Source of the DNA: an uncultured virus (IMG/VR IMGVR_UViG_3300020156_000368) | Lineage: Duplodnaviria > Heunggongvirae > Uroviricota > Caudoviricetes | Length of the DNA stretch: 64,000 nt | Virus record (IMG/VR): IMGVR_UViG_3300020156_000368 | Reading direction: 5' to 3' (one strand) | Shown: piece after piece, positions 48,116 to 56,803 of the stretch | How the letters are laid out: the number at the start of each line of letters is the position of its first letter | Numbering within the stretch: the stretch's first letter is position 1 | The notes under the pieces: model-generated | Told to the model about the DNA's origin: nothing | Database searches by the model: none | The model's input: the letters and a program-made list of their open reading frames with translations, nothing else | Made by a program: the position numbers and the translations under genes

Positions 48116-48802
48116 ATGAACGCCATCATATCTAAATATCCAAGAACTCCGCATCTGTTTAGAGACAGATCAGATGCTAGAAGCATGGACATAGAACAGT
48201 CTTTGGCTTTTATCAATAACCCTAACTTGGTTGTTGAAGAGAAGCTAGACGGAACGTGCATTGCGATTATGTTTGAAGATGGCAAGTTGACCTTTTACAA
48301 CAGAGGAAGCCAGATTTCAGATCATCCACAATACGACTTGTTCAAAACGTGGGCGTTCTCAAAGAGAGACGATTTTTGGGACATTCTTGGTAATGATTTT
48401 ATAATGTATGCAGAGTGGTTATACTGTAAGCACACGATACATTATACTAAACTACCTCACTACTTTATGGAATTTGATGTGTGTGATAAGGATGATGGAT
48501 TTTTTCTATCTACCAAATATAGGCGAGAAGCCTTATGTGGAGCCTTATTTTCAGTTCCTGTTCTCCATTACGGAGCAATAGAAGATGAACAAACACTGAA
48601 TCTTTTGATGGGGCGTTCTCTTTTTGGGAATACTTTATCTGAAGGATTGTATTTAAAAATTGAAGAGGAAGGGGAAGTCATTGCGCGTGCTAAGTACGTT
48701 CGCCCTGACTTTATCAAGACTGCTTCCGAATCAAAGCACTGGCAGCACAAACCTTTAGAGTATAATGGATTGCGTGACGGAGTAAATATATGGAAACCTT
48801 AA
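48116..48802 (+). CDS. ATP-dependent RNA ligase family protein
   Basis: KYPRTPHL, motif I EEKLDG, YAEW...H.I.Y, EFDV, EGLYLK, AKYVR. Confidence 0.88.
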   Translation: MNAIISKYPRTPHLFRDRSDARSMDIEQSLAFINNPNLVVEEKLDGTCIAIMFEDGKLTFYNRGSQISDHPQYDLFKTWAFSKRDDFWDILGNDFIMYAEWLYCKHTIHYTKLPHYFMEFDVCDKDDGFFLSTKYRREALCGALFSVPVLHYGAIEDEQTLNLLMGRSLFGNTLSEGLYLKIEEEGEVIARAKYVRPDFIKTASESKHWQHKPLEYNGLRDGVNIWKP

Positions 48803-49929
48803 ATACATCATTTCATGACAAACTGCGTGAAATGTCCGATTCCATTATCAATCCGATTAACAGCAACGCTCTTCTGGCATGGGCGGAAAGATTGCCGTGG
48901 GCTGTAAAAATGGCTTCTACAGAGCAAGACTCTTATTACCATCAGGAAGGTGATGTATGGTTGCATACTAAAATGGTCTGTCGAGCCTTAGAAGGCGATC
49001 CAGAGTGGTTTGAACTAGACCGTAGAACCCGTACCACACTATATTGGGCTGCTGTTTTACATGATGTGGGCAAGCCAGCTACGACCAAAGAGGAAGATGG
49101 AAGAATCGTATCTCCAAAACATGCCAAAGTTGGAGAAAAAATAGCACGTAATATTCTAAGAGAAATTGGCATTGAGTTTAATCAAAGAGAGCAAGTATGT
49201 GCTTTAATTAGACAACATACCAAACCCCCGCATGCTTGGGATAAAGACATTGATATTGAAGATCAGATCGTCAACCTTAGTTGGCAGTGCAATATTGGTC
49301 TGTTGCATTCTTTAGTTAAGGCTGATCTTCGCGGTAGAAAATGTGACGATTCTAGAAATCTACTAGACAACTTACGACTTTGGAGAATGTATACCAAAGA
49401 AATGCTTGAGAATGATGAGCCATTTGCTTTTGCAAATAATCATTCGAGATTCTTATGGTTTCGTAACGAACTATCTCATCGCGTTTACGCTGCTTTTGAA
49501 AAGTATCGTTGCACAGTGACTATGCTTAGTGGATTGCCAGGAAGCGGCAAAGATACGTGGGCACAGAATAATTTTGATGGTCCCATCGTTTCTCTTGATC
49601 GCTTTAGAAGAGAAGGTGCTGGCAATCAATCTATCCAGCTTGCTAAAGAAGAAGCAAAAGATTATTTGCGCAAAAGACAGAATTTTTGTTTTAACGCAAC
49701 CAACCTAACTCAATCGTTACGAAATAAGTGGATAAGCACTTTTGCCTCTTATGGAGCCAAGGTGAAAATTGTTTATATCGAGCCTGAACTTTCAATTTTG
49801 TTTAATCAAAACGAAAATAGGGAATTTTCAGTTCCGCGCAATGCCATGGAAAAAATGCTTGCTTCGCTGGAGGTTCCAACTTTGGCAGAATGCCATGAAA
49901 TTGAATATATCACAGGGAATAAAAAATGA
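48790..49929 (+). CDS. HD phosphohydrolase fused to an AAA_33 P-loop kinase (PNKP-like)
   Basis: HQEGDVWLHT, LHDVGK, AD..GR; GLPGSGKDT, NATN, VYIE. Confidence 0.88.
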   Translation: METLNTSFHDKLREMSDSIINPINSNALLAWAERLPWAVKMASTEQDSYYHQEGDVWLHTKMVCRALEGDPEWFELDRRTRTTLYWAAVLHDVGKPATTKEEDGRIVSPKHAKVGEKIARNILREIGIEFNQREQVCALIRQHTKPPHAWDKDIDIEDQIVNLSWQCNIGLLHSLVKADLRGRKCDDSRNLLDNLRLWRMYTKEMLENDEPFAFANNHSRFLWFRNELSHRVYAAFEKYRCTVTMLSGLPGSGKDTWAQNNFDGPIVSLDRFRREGAGNQSIQLAKEEAKDYLRKRQNFCFNATNLTQSLRNKWISTFASYGAKVKIVYIEPELSILFNQNENREFSVPRNAMEKMLASLEVPTLAECHEIEYITGNKK

Positions 49930-50186
49930 CCAATCAGCAAAAAAATATAATTGGGAGAATTTTGCGATTATTCGTATTGCCAACGTTAGTATTGGCTTGC
50001 TTGCTTATCTTTGGTGTGATACTGGAAAGCCCTGAAATCCGAAAGGCAGCAAAAACTTATTCTATAACGGTCTTTTCAATTATGTCGTTTCATGCGCTAT
50101 TTATTGCGGCTAAATTTGCAATAGAGGCAGAAAAAGCATTCAGTAGACCTATGAGGAAGTACGTTTTTCGTCCATTGAACTACTAA
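49926..50186 (+). CDS. Two-TM membrane protein
   Basis: Two hydrophobic segments; ATGA overlap. Confidence 0.6.
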   Translation: MTNQQKNIIGRILRLFVLPTLVLACLLIFGVILESPEIRKAAKTYSITVFSIMSFHALFIAAKFAIEAEKAFSRPMRKYVFRPLNY

Positions 50187-50389
50187 ATAAACCTTACTTG
50201 ACCACGTGTTTTAATATCCCATCCGTGAGCTACACAATGATGCTCCATTTCTCCAATATATACTACAAACCGTGTCAGCCCTTCTTCTGAAGGCATGAGT
50301 CGATCAATTTCATCACCAGCTTTAACAACAAAAGGCTCGCCATTCGAAAGAAGGCGAGCCGTAAATGTATGTGTTACTTTATGTCCCAT
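50183..50389 (-). CDS. Hypothetical protein
   Basis: Last ORF of the minus-strand coa run. Confidence 0.55.
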   Translation of the reverse strand: MGHKVTHTFTARLLSNGEPFVVKAGDEIDRLMPSEEGLTRFVVYIGEMEHHCVAHGWDIKTRGQVRFI

Positions 50390-50397
50390 AATAAAAT

Positions 50398-51036
50398 TTA
50401 TACGCTGTCAACCCAATTAACAAGCCATTTTGCAATTTCTTTCTTGCCATCCACATCGGCTACTTCTCCATTTGGAGAAACGATATGTGCGATATGACTC
50501 TTAGCTTTATTCATCTCTTCTTTATCATTAGTTACAACGATATCACAACCATTGCGTTCAATACTTTCAAGAGCTAGCTGAGTGAGTTCTTCAACAGATT
50601 TGCCCACTTCAAATTTAAAACCTACAAGCCTTATATTGGGATTCCATTTCTTAACGTAAGAAATGATCTTTGGATTGATTACGATATTGTCACGCAGATA
50701 ATCAACAAAAGCCTGTGGGTCATTGCTCTTTAATTTAACTGCCCCATCACGCTTAAAACCGAAATCAGAGACAGCCATTGCATGAATTAAAACATCTGCT
50801 TTTGGAACAATATCTTCCAATACGCGCATCACGCTAGCTACATCAGTAACCTCATGCATAAAACGGCTAGAATGGGGTGTAGCAGCCCCTTTAGCATACA
50901 CATAGTCAACATCATGCGGAGTACTTGAAAAAGCGTCTGCAACGGCTTTACCAAGCTTCCCAGAGCTTATATTCGTAAGAACTCGCACATCATCAATGTA
51001 TTCTCTCGTGCCACCTGAAGTAATTATAACTCTCAT
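50398..51036 (-). CDS. coaB: Phosphopantothenoylcysteine synthetase (stand-alone CoaB)
   Basis: ITSGGTREYIDDVRVLTNISSGKLG, AMAVSDF, PKII, VGFKFE, VVTND. Confidence 0.92.
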   Translation of the reverse strand: MRVIITSGGTREYIDDVRVLTNISSGKLGKAVADAFSSTPHDVDYVYAKGAATPHSSRFMHEVTDVASVMRVLEDIVPKADVLIHAMAVSDFGFKRDGAVKLKSNDPQAFVDYLRDNIVINPKIISYVKKWNPNIRLVGFKFEVGKSVEELTQLALESIERNGCDIVVTNDKEEMNKAKSHIAHIVSPNGEVADVDGKKEIAKWLVNWVDSV

Positions 51037-51086
51037 GTGTGTAGCCTCCAATTTAGAGTACTACACACACAATTTATTATTCATTT

Positions 51087-51329
51087 CTATTCTTCATCTT
51101 CATCCGCTACAATATAATTAAATCGAGTCCCAGGCACGCGCTGCATTACCGTAGGCTGCATGTAAAGACCAACAGCTACAGAACCAGATATAACTAAAAA
51201 GTCTACATCGGGAGCATCAAACAGCATATAGATTCCATCAGGAGTTCTGATGTATGTGTCGTAGTCCCAGTCAAGGTATAAGTGAGGTAGTTTTCCCATA
51301 TCAATATGTTCTTGGTGGCGGTACTTCAT
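51087..51329 (-). CDS. Hypothetical protein
   Basis: Packed ORF. Confidence 0.55.
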   Translation of the reverse strand: MKYRHQEHIDMGKLPHLYLDWDYDTYIRTPDGIYMLFDAPDVDFLVISGSVAVGLYMQPTVMQRVPGTRFNYIVADEDEE

Positions 51330-51939
51330 TGGTTCCGTCGCAAAAAGATTTTAGTAGGTATGGAGTTGGGTCTAGCAAGCCCCGTGGCATTTTTTTTGTA
51401 GCCTTTTCCCATTGACCAGTTTGTTTTACGTTATGTTCATGTAACTCAAGATGTAGCATTGATGCAGGGCGGTCATTAATAGCCAGCGGAAGCTTTTCAG
51501 GCGTACTCTTCAGCACTCTTTTGACCCAGCCTAAAGTATCGCCTCTTTCTACAGAATCACCGACGCGCAAATGATATTCAGGATGAAGCTCAGCATAAAC
51601 GATCAATCCTGTGGCTCCAACAACACTAATTGCATGTGTATCTTCCCACCATGGATAGCCAGCAATCAATCCGGTAAAAGGTCGAATATGCACAACAATT
51701 CCAGACTCGGCGGCAATTACAGGAGTACCTTCAGGGCAATATAAATCCACGCCCTTATGAACATCATGGGTCCGCTGCGCACCAAATGCTCCATAGTGAT
51801 GCTGTCTTCCTTTGTCGTCAAACTTCTGCACCAGCACTGGAATTTCACATTCGCGCAGCCAATTTATTTTTTGAAAACTCATTGAATCCGAAGTTGCGCC
51901 AAGCTTTCGCATATTCGCAAGTGGAAATAACCAGTTCAT
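51301..51939 (-). CDS. M23 family peptidase
   Basis: HKGVDL...GTPVIAAESG, VGDSV..G, MLHLEL, LLDPTPYL. Confidence 0.85.
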   Translation of the reverse strand: MNWLFPLANMRKLGATSDSMSFQKINWLRECEIPVLVQKFDDKGRQHHYGAFGAQRTHDVHKGVDLYCPEGTPVIAAESGIVVHIRPFTGLIAGYPWWEDTHAISVVGATGLIVYAELHPEYHLRVGDSVERGDTLGWVKRVLKSTPEKLPLAINDRPASMLHLELHEHNVKQTGQWEKATKKMPRGLLDPTPYLLKSFCDGTNEVPPPRTY

Positions 51940-52481
51940 TTTCGCGTTTCTTTCTTTGAGTTGATTATATTAATGATATCTTCTGTTTTAAGTAGCAGAC
52001 CTTTGCCTATTTCGCGGCATGCTAAGCGACCACTTCTGGTATCTTCAACTATTACGTTGTCGTCCATTAAGGTACTTAAATTGCGCTGTACAGCTCTTGA
52101 ATCAAGCATAATATGATTCATAGCAGGGAAAACCATCTTTGGAATTTCTGGTGGAATAGCAAGATATATAGTGCTAAAGGCATCATCGGCAATTCCGTTC
52201 GCCATTTTAGCAACTGCATTTGCGCTGGCAGGACATACAATGAACAATTCAGCCCAACGCTGGGCTAGGGCAATATGTGTAACTTCCCCTTCTTTTTCTG
52301 TCCACAGCGTTGTGATTACTGGTCTTCCAGACATTGTTGATAAGGACATCTCAGTAACAAAATTTTCAGCACCTTTAGTCAAAATCACTTGAACATGATG
52401 ACCTTGCTGAGTTAGTGCATTCACAATGTCTGGCGCTTTGTAGGCAGAAATGCTGGCTGTAACTGCCATTAAGATGTTCAT
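51936..52481 (-). CDS. coaC: Phosphopantothenoylcysteine decarboxylase (stand-alone CoaC, HFCD flavoprotein)
   Basis: VTASISAYK, HIALA, PASANAVAKMANGIADD, PAMN..M, GRLAC...GKG. Confidence 0.92.
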   Translation of the reverse strand: MNILMAVTASISAYKAPDIVNALTQQGHHVQVILTKGAENFVTEMSLSTMSGRPVITTLWTEKEGEVTHIALAQRWAELFIVCPASANAVAKMANGIADDAFSTIYLAIPPEIPKMVFPAMNHIMLDSRAVQRNLSTLMDDNVIVEDTRSGRLACREIGKGLLLKTEDIINIINSKKETRK

Positions 52482-52562
52482 TTTTAATCCTCTGTCTTCT
52501 AGTACCAATAACTATAGCGTATATTCTATGAATAAAGTTAATTGCCTAGTGTATTCAAGGAC

Positions 52563-52925
52563 ATGGGATACAAGGAAAAATTACAAAAGCTCCAAGCTGA
52601 GAATCGGCACCTCAAGAGTGAGAATCGGAGACTTCAGGCTGAGAATCGAAGGATTCTTGACAAAGCATCGTGGAGTATGGTTAATTATAACAATGCTCCA
52701 CCATACGATCCTGACTTCGGTGATCACAAAGTCTGTGGGTGTGGGCACGAATATCACCGTCACTTCGATAGCTACGAAGACATGAACCCTGTCGGTTGTA
52801 AATATTGCGACTGCGATATATTTGCTGCTGCTGCAAAGGTCATGACTCCAAGTGAGTTCTCGTCCAGATTGGACGACGATATCGACTACTTTTATGATGC
52901 CACAGATTTGAAGTGGGGTGAATAA
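52563..52925 (+). CDS. Coiled-coil plus Cys/His motif hypothetical protein
   Basis: Heptad repeats LQAENR; CGCGH.Y.RHFD...GCKYC.C. Confidence 0.7.
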   Translation: MGYKEKLQKLQAENRHLKSENRRLQAENRRILDKASWSMVNYNNAPPYDPDFGDHKVCGCGHEYHRHFDSYEDMNPVGCKYCDCDIFAAAAKVMTPSEFSSRLDDDIDYFYDATDLKWGE

Positions 52926-52956
52926 CAAAATAAATAAACGCTCCTAAAGGATAGAT

Positions 52957-53559
52957 ATGATCAGTAAAGACCAATGGAAATGGTGCCAACTTTGTGAAAC
53001 AGCTTATGTTGTTTGTGAGGCATGCCAGAATTCAAGTTGCAACTGCGGCGGATGCGATGAATGTAAAGAGCTTTGGGAAGAAGTCAGTAGAATTAAAGAC
53101 TTAGACGAAGACCCAAAGATTGAGGATTTCCCACGAGAAGATGTGACTCCATTTTATCTGTATAAAGATGATTTTACTGAAGAAGAGCAATTGTGGATTG
53201 ATATCTTTGGCGGAAAAGATGCCCTCATTGAAAAATTTGAATCTAGATTTGAAGACACTCTTAAAAAGAAGAACAAATTTGTTCAAAAACTTTCTGTCTC
53301 AACAGGTGAAGAAAGAAAGATCAATGCGCATAAAGCTGCAATTTTTGAAATGAGATTAGCTAATTTCCATATCATTAAATCCAAGCCTGAAGCTGCTGCT
53401 ATTAATTTAGCCAGCGCTGGCGAGTGTTTTGCAGTTGCAGAAGATGTTCCAAATGCAATTAATACATTAGAGAGAGCAATTGCGCTCACAAAAAAGAAAT
53501 TTTACAAAATAGCTCTTGCAAATAGAATCAAATATATCAGAACAAGTCCAAAGGAATGA
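52957..53559 (+). CDS. Cys-rich hypothetical protein with a TPR-like C-terminus
   Basis: CQLC...CEAC.NSSCNCGGCDEC. Confidence 0.65.
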   Translation: MISKDQWKWCQLCETAYVVCEACQNSSCNCGGCDECKELWEEVSRIKDLDEDPKIEDFPREDVTPFYLYKDDFTEEEQLWIDIFGGKDALIEKFESRFEDTLKKKNKFVQKLSVSTGEERKINAHKAAIFEMRLANFHIIKSKPEAAAINLASAGECFAVAEDVPNAINTLERAIALTKKKFYKIALANRIKYIRTSPKE

Positions 53560-53563
53560 GAAA

Positions 53564-54007
53564 ATGTTTAGCAAAAAAGAGCGCCTATATCTTGAAACTG
53601 TTTTAAAGCAACTTCAAGAAACAGAAGCACGAAGCGGGGCGGGATATCGGGTTAAATTATCCTCGAAAGCCTATGACGAGCTATTGACCTTTATTCGGTT
53701 TAAAATGCAAAGCGGCGTTGAAGACCTTGTAGTTGATACGTCAAAAGATACAGACACTCGCTTTACGCTTGATCGCGCTTCGCTCTTAGAGGCATTGCCA
53801 GAGTGGGATTGGGGAAGTCCAGGTGATGCTCAGGCGCGTATTAATACATGGCTTAATCGATATGAGGAAGTTCGTACTTTTATCCACGATTTTGGGCATA
53901 TGCCATCTAGTAGGTCTAATGACCCAACAGAAGCAAGATTAGCTGATTGGTGCAAGACCCAAAGGCAGTTTTATTGGTACGAGCTTGCTCATAAAAAAGA
54001 TAAATAA
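53564..54007 (+). CDS. Protein with a C-terminal helicase-associated (HA)-like domain
   Basis: W.W...W..RYEEV..F...GHMP...E.RLADW...QR. Confidence 0.65.
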   Translation: MFSKKERLYLETVLKQLQETEARSGAGYRVKLSSKAYDELLTFIRFKMQSGVEDLVVDTSKDTDTRFTLDRASLLEALPEWDWGSPGDAQARINTWLNRYEEVRTFIHDFGHMPSSRSNDPTEARLADWCKTQRQFYWYELAHKKDK

Positions 54008-54054
54008 AAGCATTTTTGGATTGTATACACAGTATAATCTTAAGGAATATAAGA

Positions 54055-54336
54055 GTGAAGAAACCCAATCTCAAAAAGATATTTGAAAACGAAACGCACG
54101 AACTTCATAAGTTAGACAAAATCTGCACCTATTTTGTTCTTATGGCATTGATTACAATTTTATATGGAGTTATGCGTAGGAATATCCTATTTTTATTGAC
54201 TGGATTGGTGGTTGGCGGAATATTTTACTCTGTACCTATCATTGCCGCCTTGTGCCTCGCTAAGAAAAAATATAATAAGCGACTGGCTCGATATGAGGCG
54301 TTTATAGAAGAAAATGAACCAGAAGCTTTGAATTAA
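54055..54336 (+). CDS. Two-TM membrane protein
   Basis: Two hydrophobic helices; start uncertain. Confidence 0.6.
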   Translation: MKKPNLKKIFENETHELHKLDKICTYFVLMALITILYGVMRRNILFLLTGLVVGGIFYSVPIIAALCLAKKKYNKRLARYEAFIEENEPEALN

Positions 54337-54338
54337 CA

Positions 54339-54500
54339 ATGTTTAAAGAGTATCTTAAATGTGTCCTGACACTCGTCTATTGCTTGGTGTTTGTCGCATC
54401 TTTCGCAGGCACACTTGCGTTTACTTTCTTTGGAAATCCACTAATGGCATTTTTCTGCTTTACGATACTATTCATAAGCTCAGTTTTATTATTTGATTAA
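54339..54500 (+). CDS. Small two-TM protein (53 aa, absent from the ORF track)
   Basis: MFKEYLKCVLTLVYCLVFVASFAG...; exactly fills the gap. Confidence 0.55.
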   Translation: MFKEYLKCVLTLVYCLVFVASFAGTLAFTFFGNPLMAFFCFTILFISSVLLFD

Positions 54501-56725
54501 CCCCATCTGCGAGTTCTAATAGCTTGCATTCTTTCTGGTGTTTCAATCATTAATTTACGTTCTGAGATATTTTTAACAACATTTCTGAGATTATTCATCG
54601 TCACATCTGGATTGGCGTTTTCTTTAATTGCATTTGCCAAAGCTTGAGCCTTCTCTTGAATAAGTTGAGGTAAATCTTCTGCTTCATAAGCAATAGGAAA
54701 TTTCCATAATAGTGAAGCGATATTATTAATCCATAAGTAAGCCTGCCTCATTTGTTCTCCAGTACCCGTATATGGTTGACCTGGATTCCAATCTTGTAGG
54801 ATCATATCTCTAAATATAGAATTTAGTTTTATACTAATGAAGTTTCTATTACTAAACAATTCGGTAAGTCTTTCAAATGGAAAGTCATAAAACAAACCTA
54901 CGAACTTTCCAGGATCATTGATGTATCTACTAAAGCCTTCACTAATATACTTATCTAGGCTTGCTTCGGCAGCAGCGGCTAATTCGCTTTCATACTGAGA
55001 TTTCAATCCTTGATCTTGCATAGACTCAACTAAGTACTTGCAGAACTTAATAGCATTTACGAAGTAGAAACTACTTGTATCTGCCACCTTCTTAAGTGCT
55101 TCTTTAAAAGTTAACGATTTAATGTTATCAAATTCAGGGAAAGCATAGACTTCGCTTCGAATGGCTTTGTAGTCTGTGTTTGATGAATGATTTGTTCTAT
55201 CCAGCCAATCAAGCCATTTTCTCGTAATCTTATGCGAAGCCCATCTGAATTCTGGTGTCTTTAATATTGGCTGAAGCGCCTCGGCTCCAAATTCGCTAGC
55301 AACACTTGCAAAACCAGAGGTGTCTGCTGAACCTTTTAATCTAGCAAGCAGATCATTAATGGCTTTATTAAGAAGCATGCTTCGTACTGACTGAACACCA
55401 CTGCCAAGAAGTGTAGTTGACATTTCATCATCTAATTTTCTGTTTAAATTAATTATTTCTTGAAGAGATATATTTTCAATATATGTAGCCCTAAGAAACG
55501 CTTTTGAAAGTCCATCTTGTAAGCGATTATATGATTCTTGGGCTGGCTTTGTATAGTTTGGAAGTTCGGTATCTAATTGATCCAAGGCAAGATTAAATTT
55601 ATCTGATAATCCTTCCCATACATAACTGTCGAGAAGTTTTAAAGGGTCTTTTTTTATGATACCAACAAGACTCTTAAGATCATTGCTTGGTATTTCAGTT
55701 TCAAAATCTTTATTACTTGTCATAGCGCCATATTGGTCGCCTTCTTTTTCATAAGCGCTAGGGTCATTGCCCTCTGGGTCTTTTAAAGAATAAGTGTCGG
55801 AATACGGCGCTCCATAAAATTGATAGTTACCAATGGGTAGTCCACCCTGTTTTTGTTTAATCCAAAGTGTGACCAGCTTATGGAAATGATTATTATCGGG
55901 AGATTGTCCATAAACCCGTTCTTCAGGCATTGCCCATTCATTGCCTCTGCTGTCTTCAACTCGCCTTATCCAAACTCTAGCAATGGCTTTGCTTAAATCT
56001 TGTTGATCATCTTGTTTAACTAGATAGGCTACAAAGCCACCTTCCTCTAATTCCTGCCACATTTTTTTACAATTTTTCCCACGTCCTAGCGTGAAGCAAC
56101 TAGACCAGGATTTATTATAGCTCATCTGCGCGATATCATGTGGATCACGGGAAATAACAATAACTGCACCCGTAGTTGCAAGTGATCTACTATTTCTCGC
56201 TGGATCATTGTTGAATATATTTTTGCGCTGTTGCCAAATCTTATCAAGCTCAGTTTCTTTAGCTCGAAGCAGTATTTCTAAGTTTTCCCGCTCATACTCA
56301 TCTGGTTCACTCTTCATTTTATCGGTAAACTCTTTACGAGTTTCTTTTGCTTCCATTTGATGAAGTTTATTTAGTACTGCACCAATGTTTTCACACTGTT
56401 CGATAGGAAGCTTGCCCGATTGTACAAGAGGGTATTTAATTTGTCTACAGCACTTCCCAGCACCGTAATCAACTACAACATAACCTGCAAGTTCAAGTGT
56501 TAAACCTACCTCTTCTGGAACTTGATAGCTCTGATGTCGCGGCAATGTATACGGAATTACAACGCGATCTTGATCGCCAAATAGATTAGGAAAATGTCGT
56601 CTTCTGTAGTTTTCTACTTTTTCACGATACATCACATCATACTCAATAGGCGAACCCACTCTATCGGCTGTCCATATTCTATGTAACACATTGGCGCTAA
56701 GGCACGAAAATCTTAACAGATTCAT
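54497..56725 (-). CDS. Paralog family A protein (~742 aa)
   Basis: SRDPHDIAQMS..KSWSSCFT..G...GGFVAYL...ARVWIR...YSDTY; GGAGG RBS before ATG 56725. Confidence 0.85.
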   Translation of the reverse strand: MNLLRFSCLSANVLHRIWTADRVGSPIEYDVMYREKVENYRRRHFPNLFGDQDRVVIPYTLPRHQSYQVPEEVGLTLELAGYVVVDYGAGKCCRQIKYPLVQSGKLPIEQCENIGAVLNKLHQMEAKETRKEFTDKMKSEPDEYERENLEILLRAKETELDKIWQQRKNIFNNDPARNSRSLATTGAVIVISRDPHDIAQMSYNKSWSSCFTLGRGKNCKKMWQELEEGGFVAYLVKQDDQQDLSKAIARVWIRRVEDSRGNEWAMPEERVYGQSPDNNHFHKLVTLWIKQKQGGLPIGNYQFYGAPYSDTYSLKDPEGNDPSAYEKEGDQYGAMTSNKDFETEIPSNDLKSLVGIIKKDPLKLLDSYVWEGLSDKFNLALDQLDTELPNYTKPAQESYNRLQDGLSKAFLRATYIENISLQEIINLNRKLDDEMSTTLLGSGVQSVRSMLLNKAINDLLARLKGSADTSGFASVASEFGAEALQPILKTPEFRWASHKITRKWLDWLDRTNHSSNTDYKAIRSEVYAFPEFDNIKSLTFKEALKKVADTSSFYFVNAIKFCKYLVESMQDQGLKSQYESELAAAAEASLDKYISEGFSRYINDPGKFVGLFYDFPFERLTELFSNRNFISIKLNSIFRDMILQDWNPGQPYTGTGEQMRQAYLWINNIASLLWKFPIAYEAEDLPQLIQEKAQALANAIKENANPDVTMNNLRNVVKNISERKLMIETPERMQAIRTRRWG

Positions 56726-56803
56726 ATAATCCTCCATCTGGTAGGGTTAAATTCCCTTGTTGGGAAAGGATTTCCTGCTTTAATAAAAGTATATATCAGA
56801 GTC

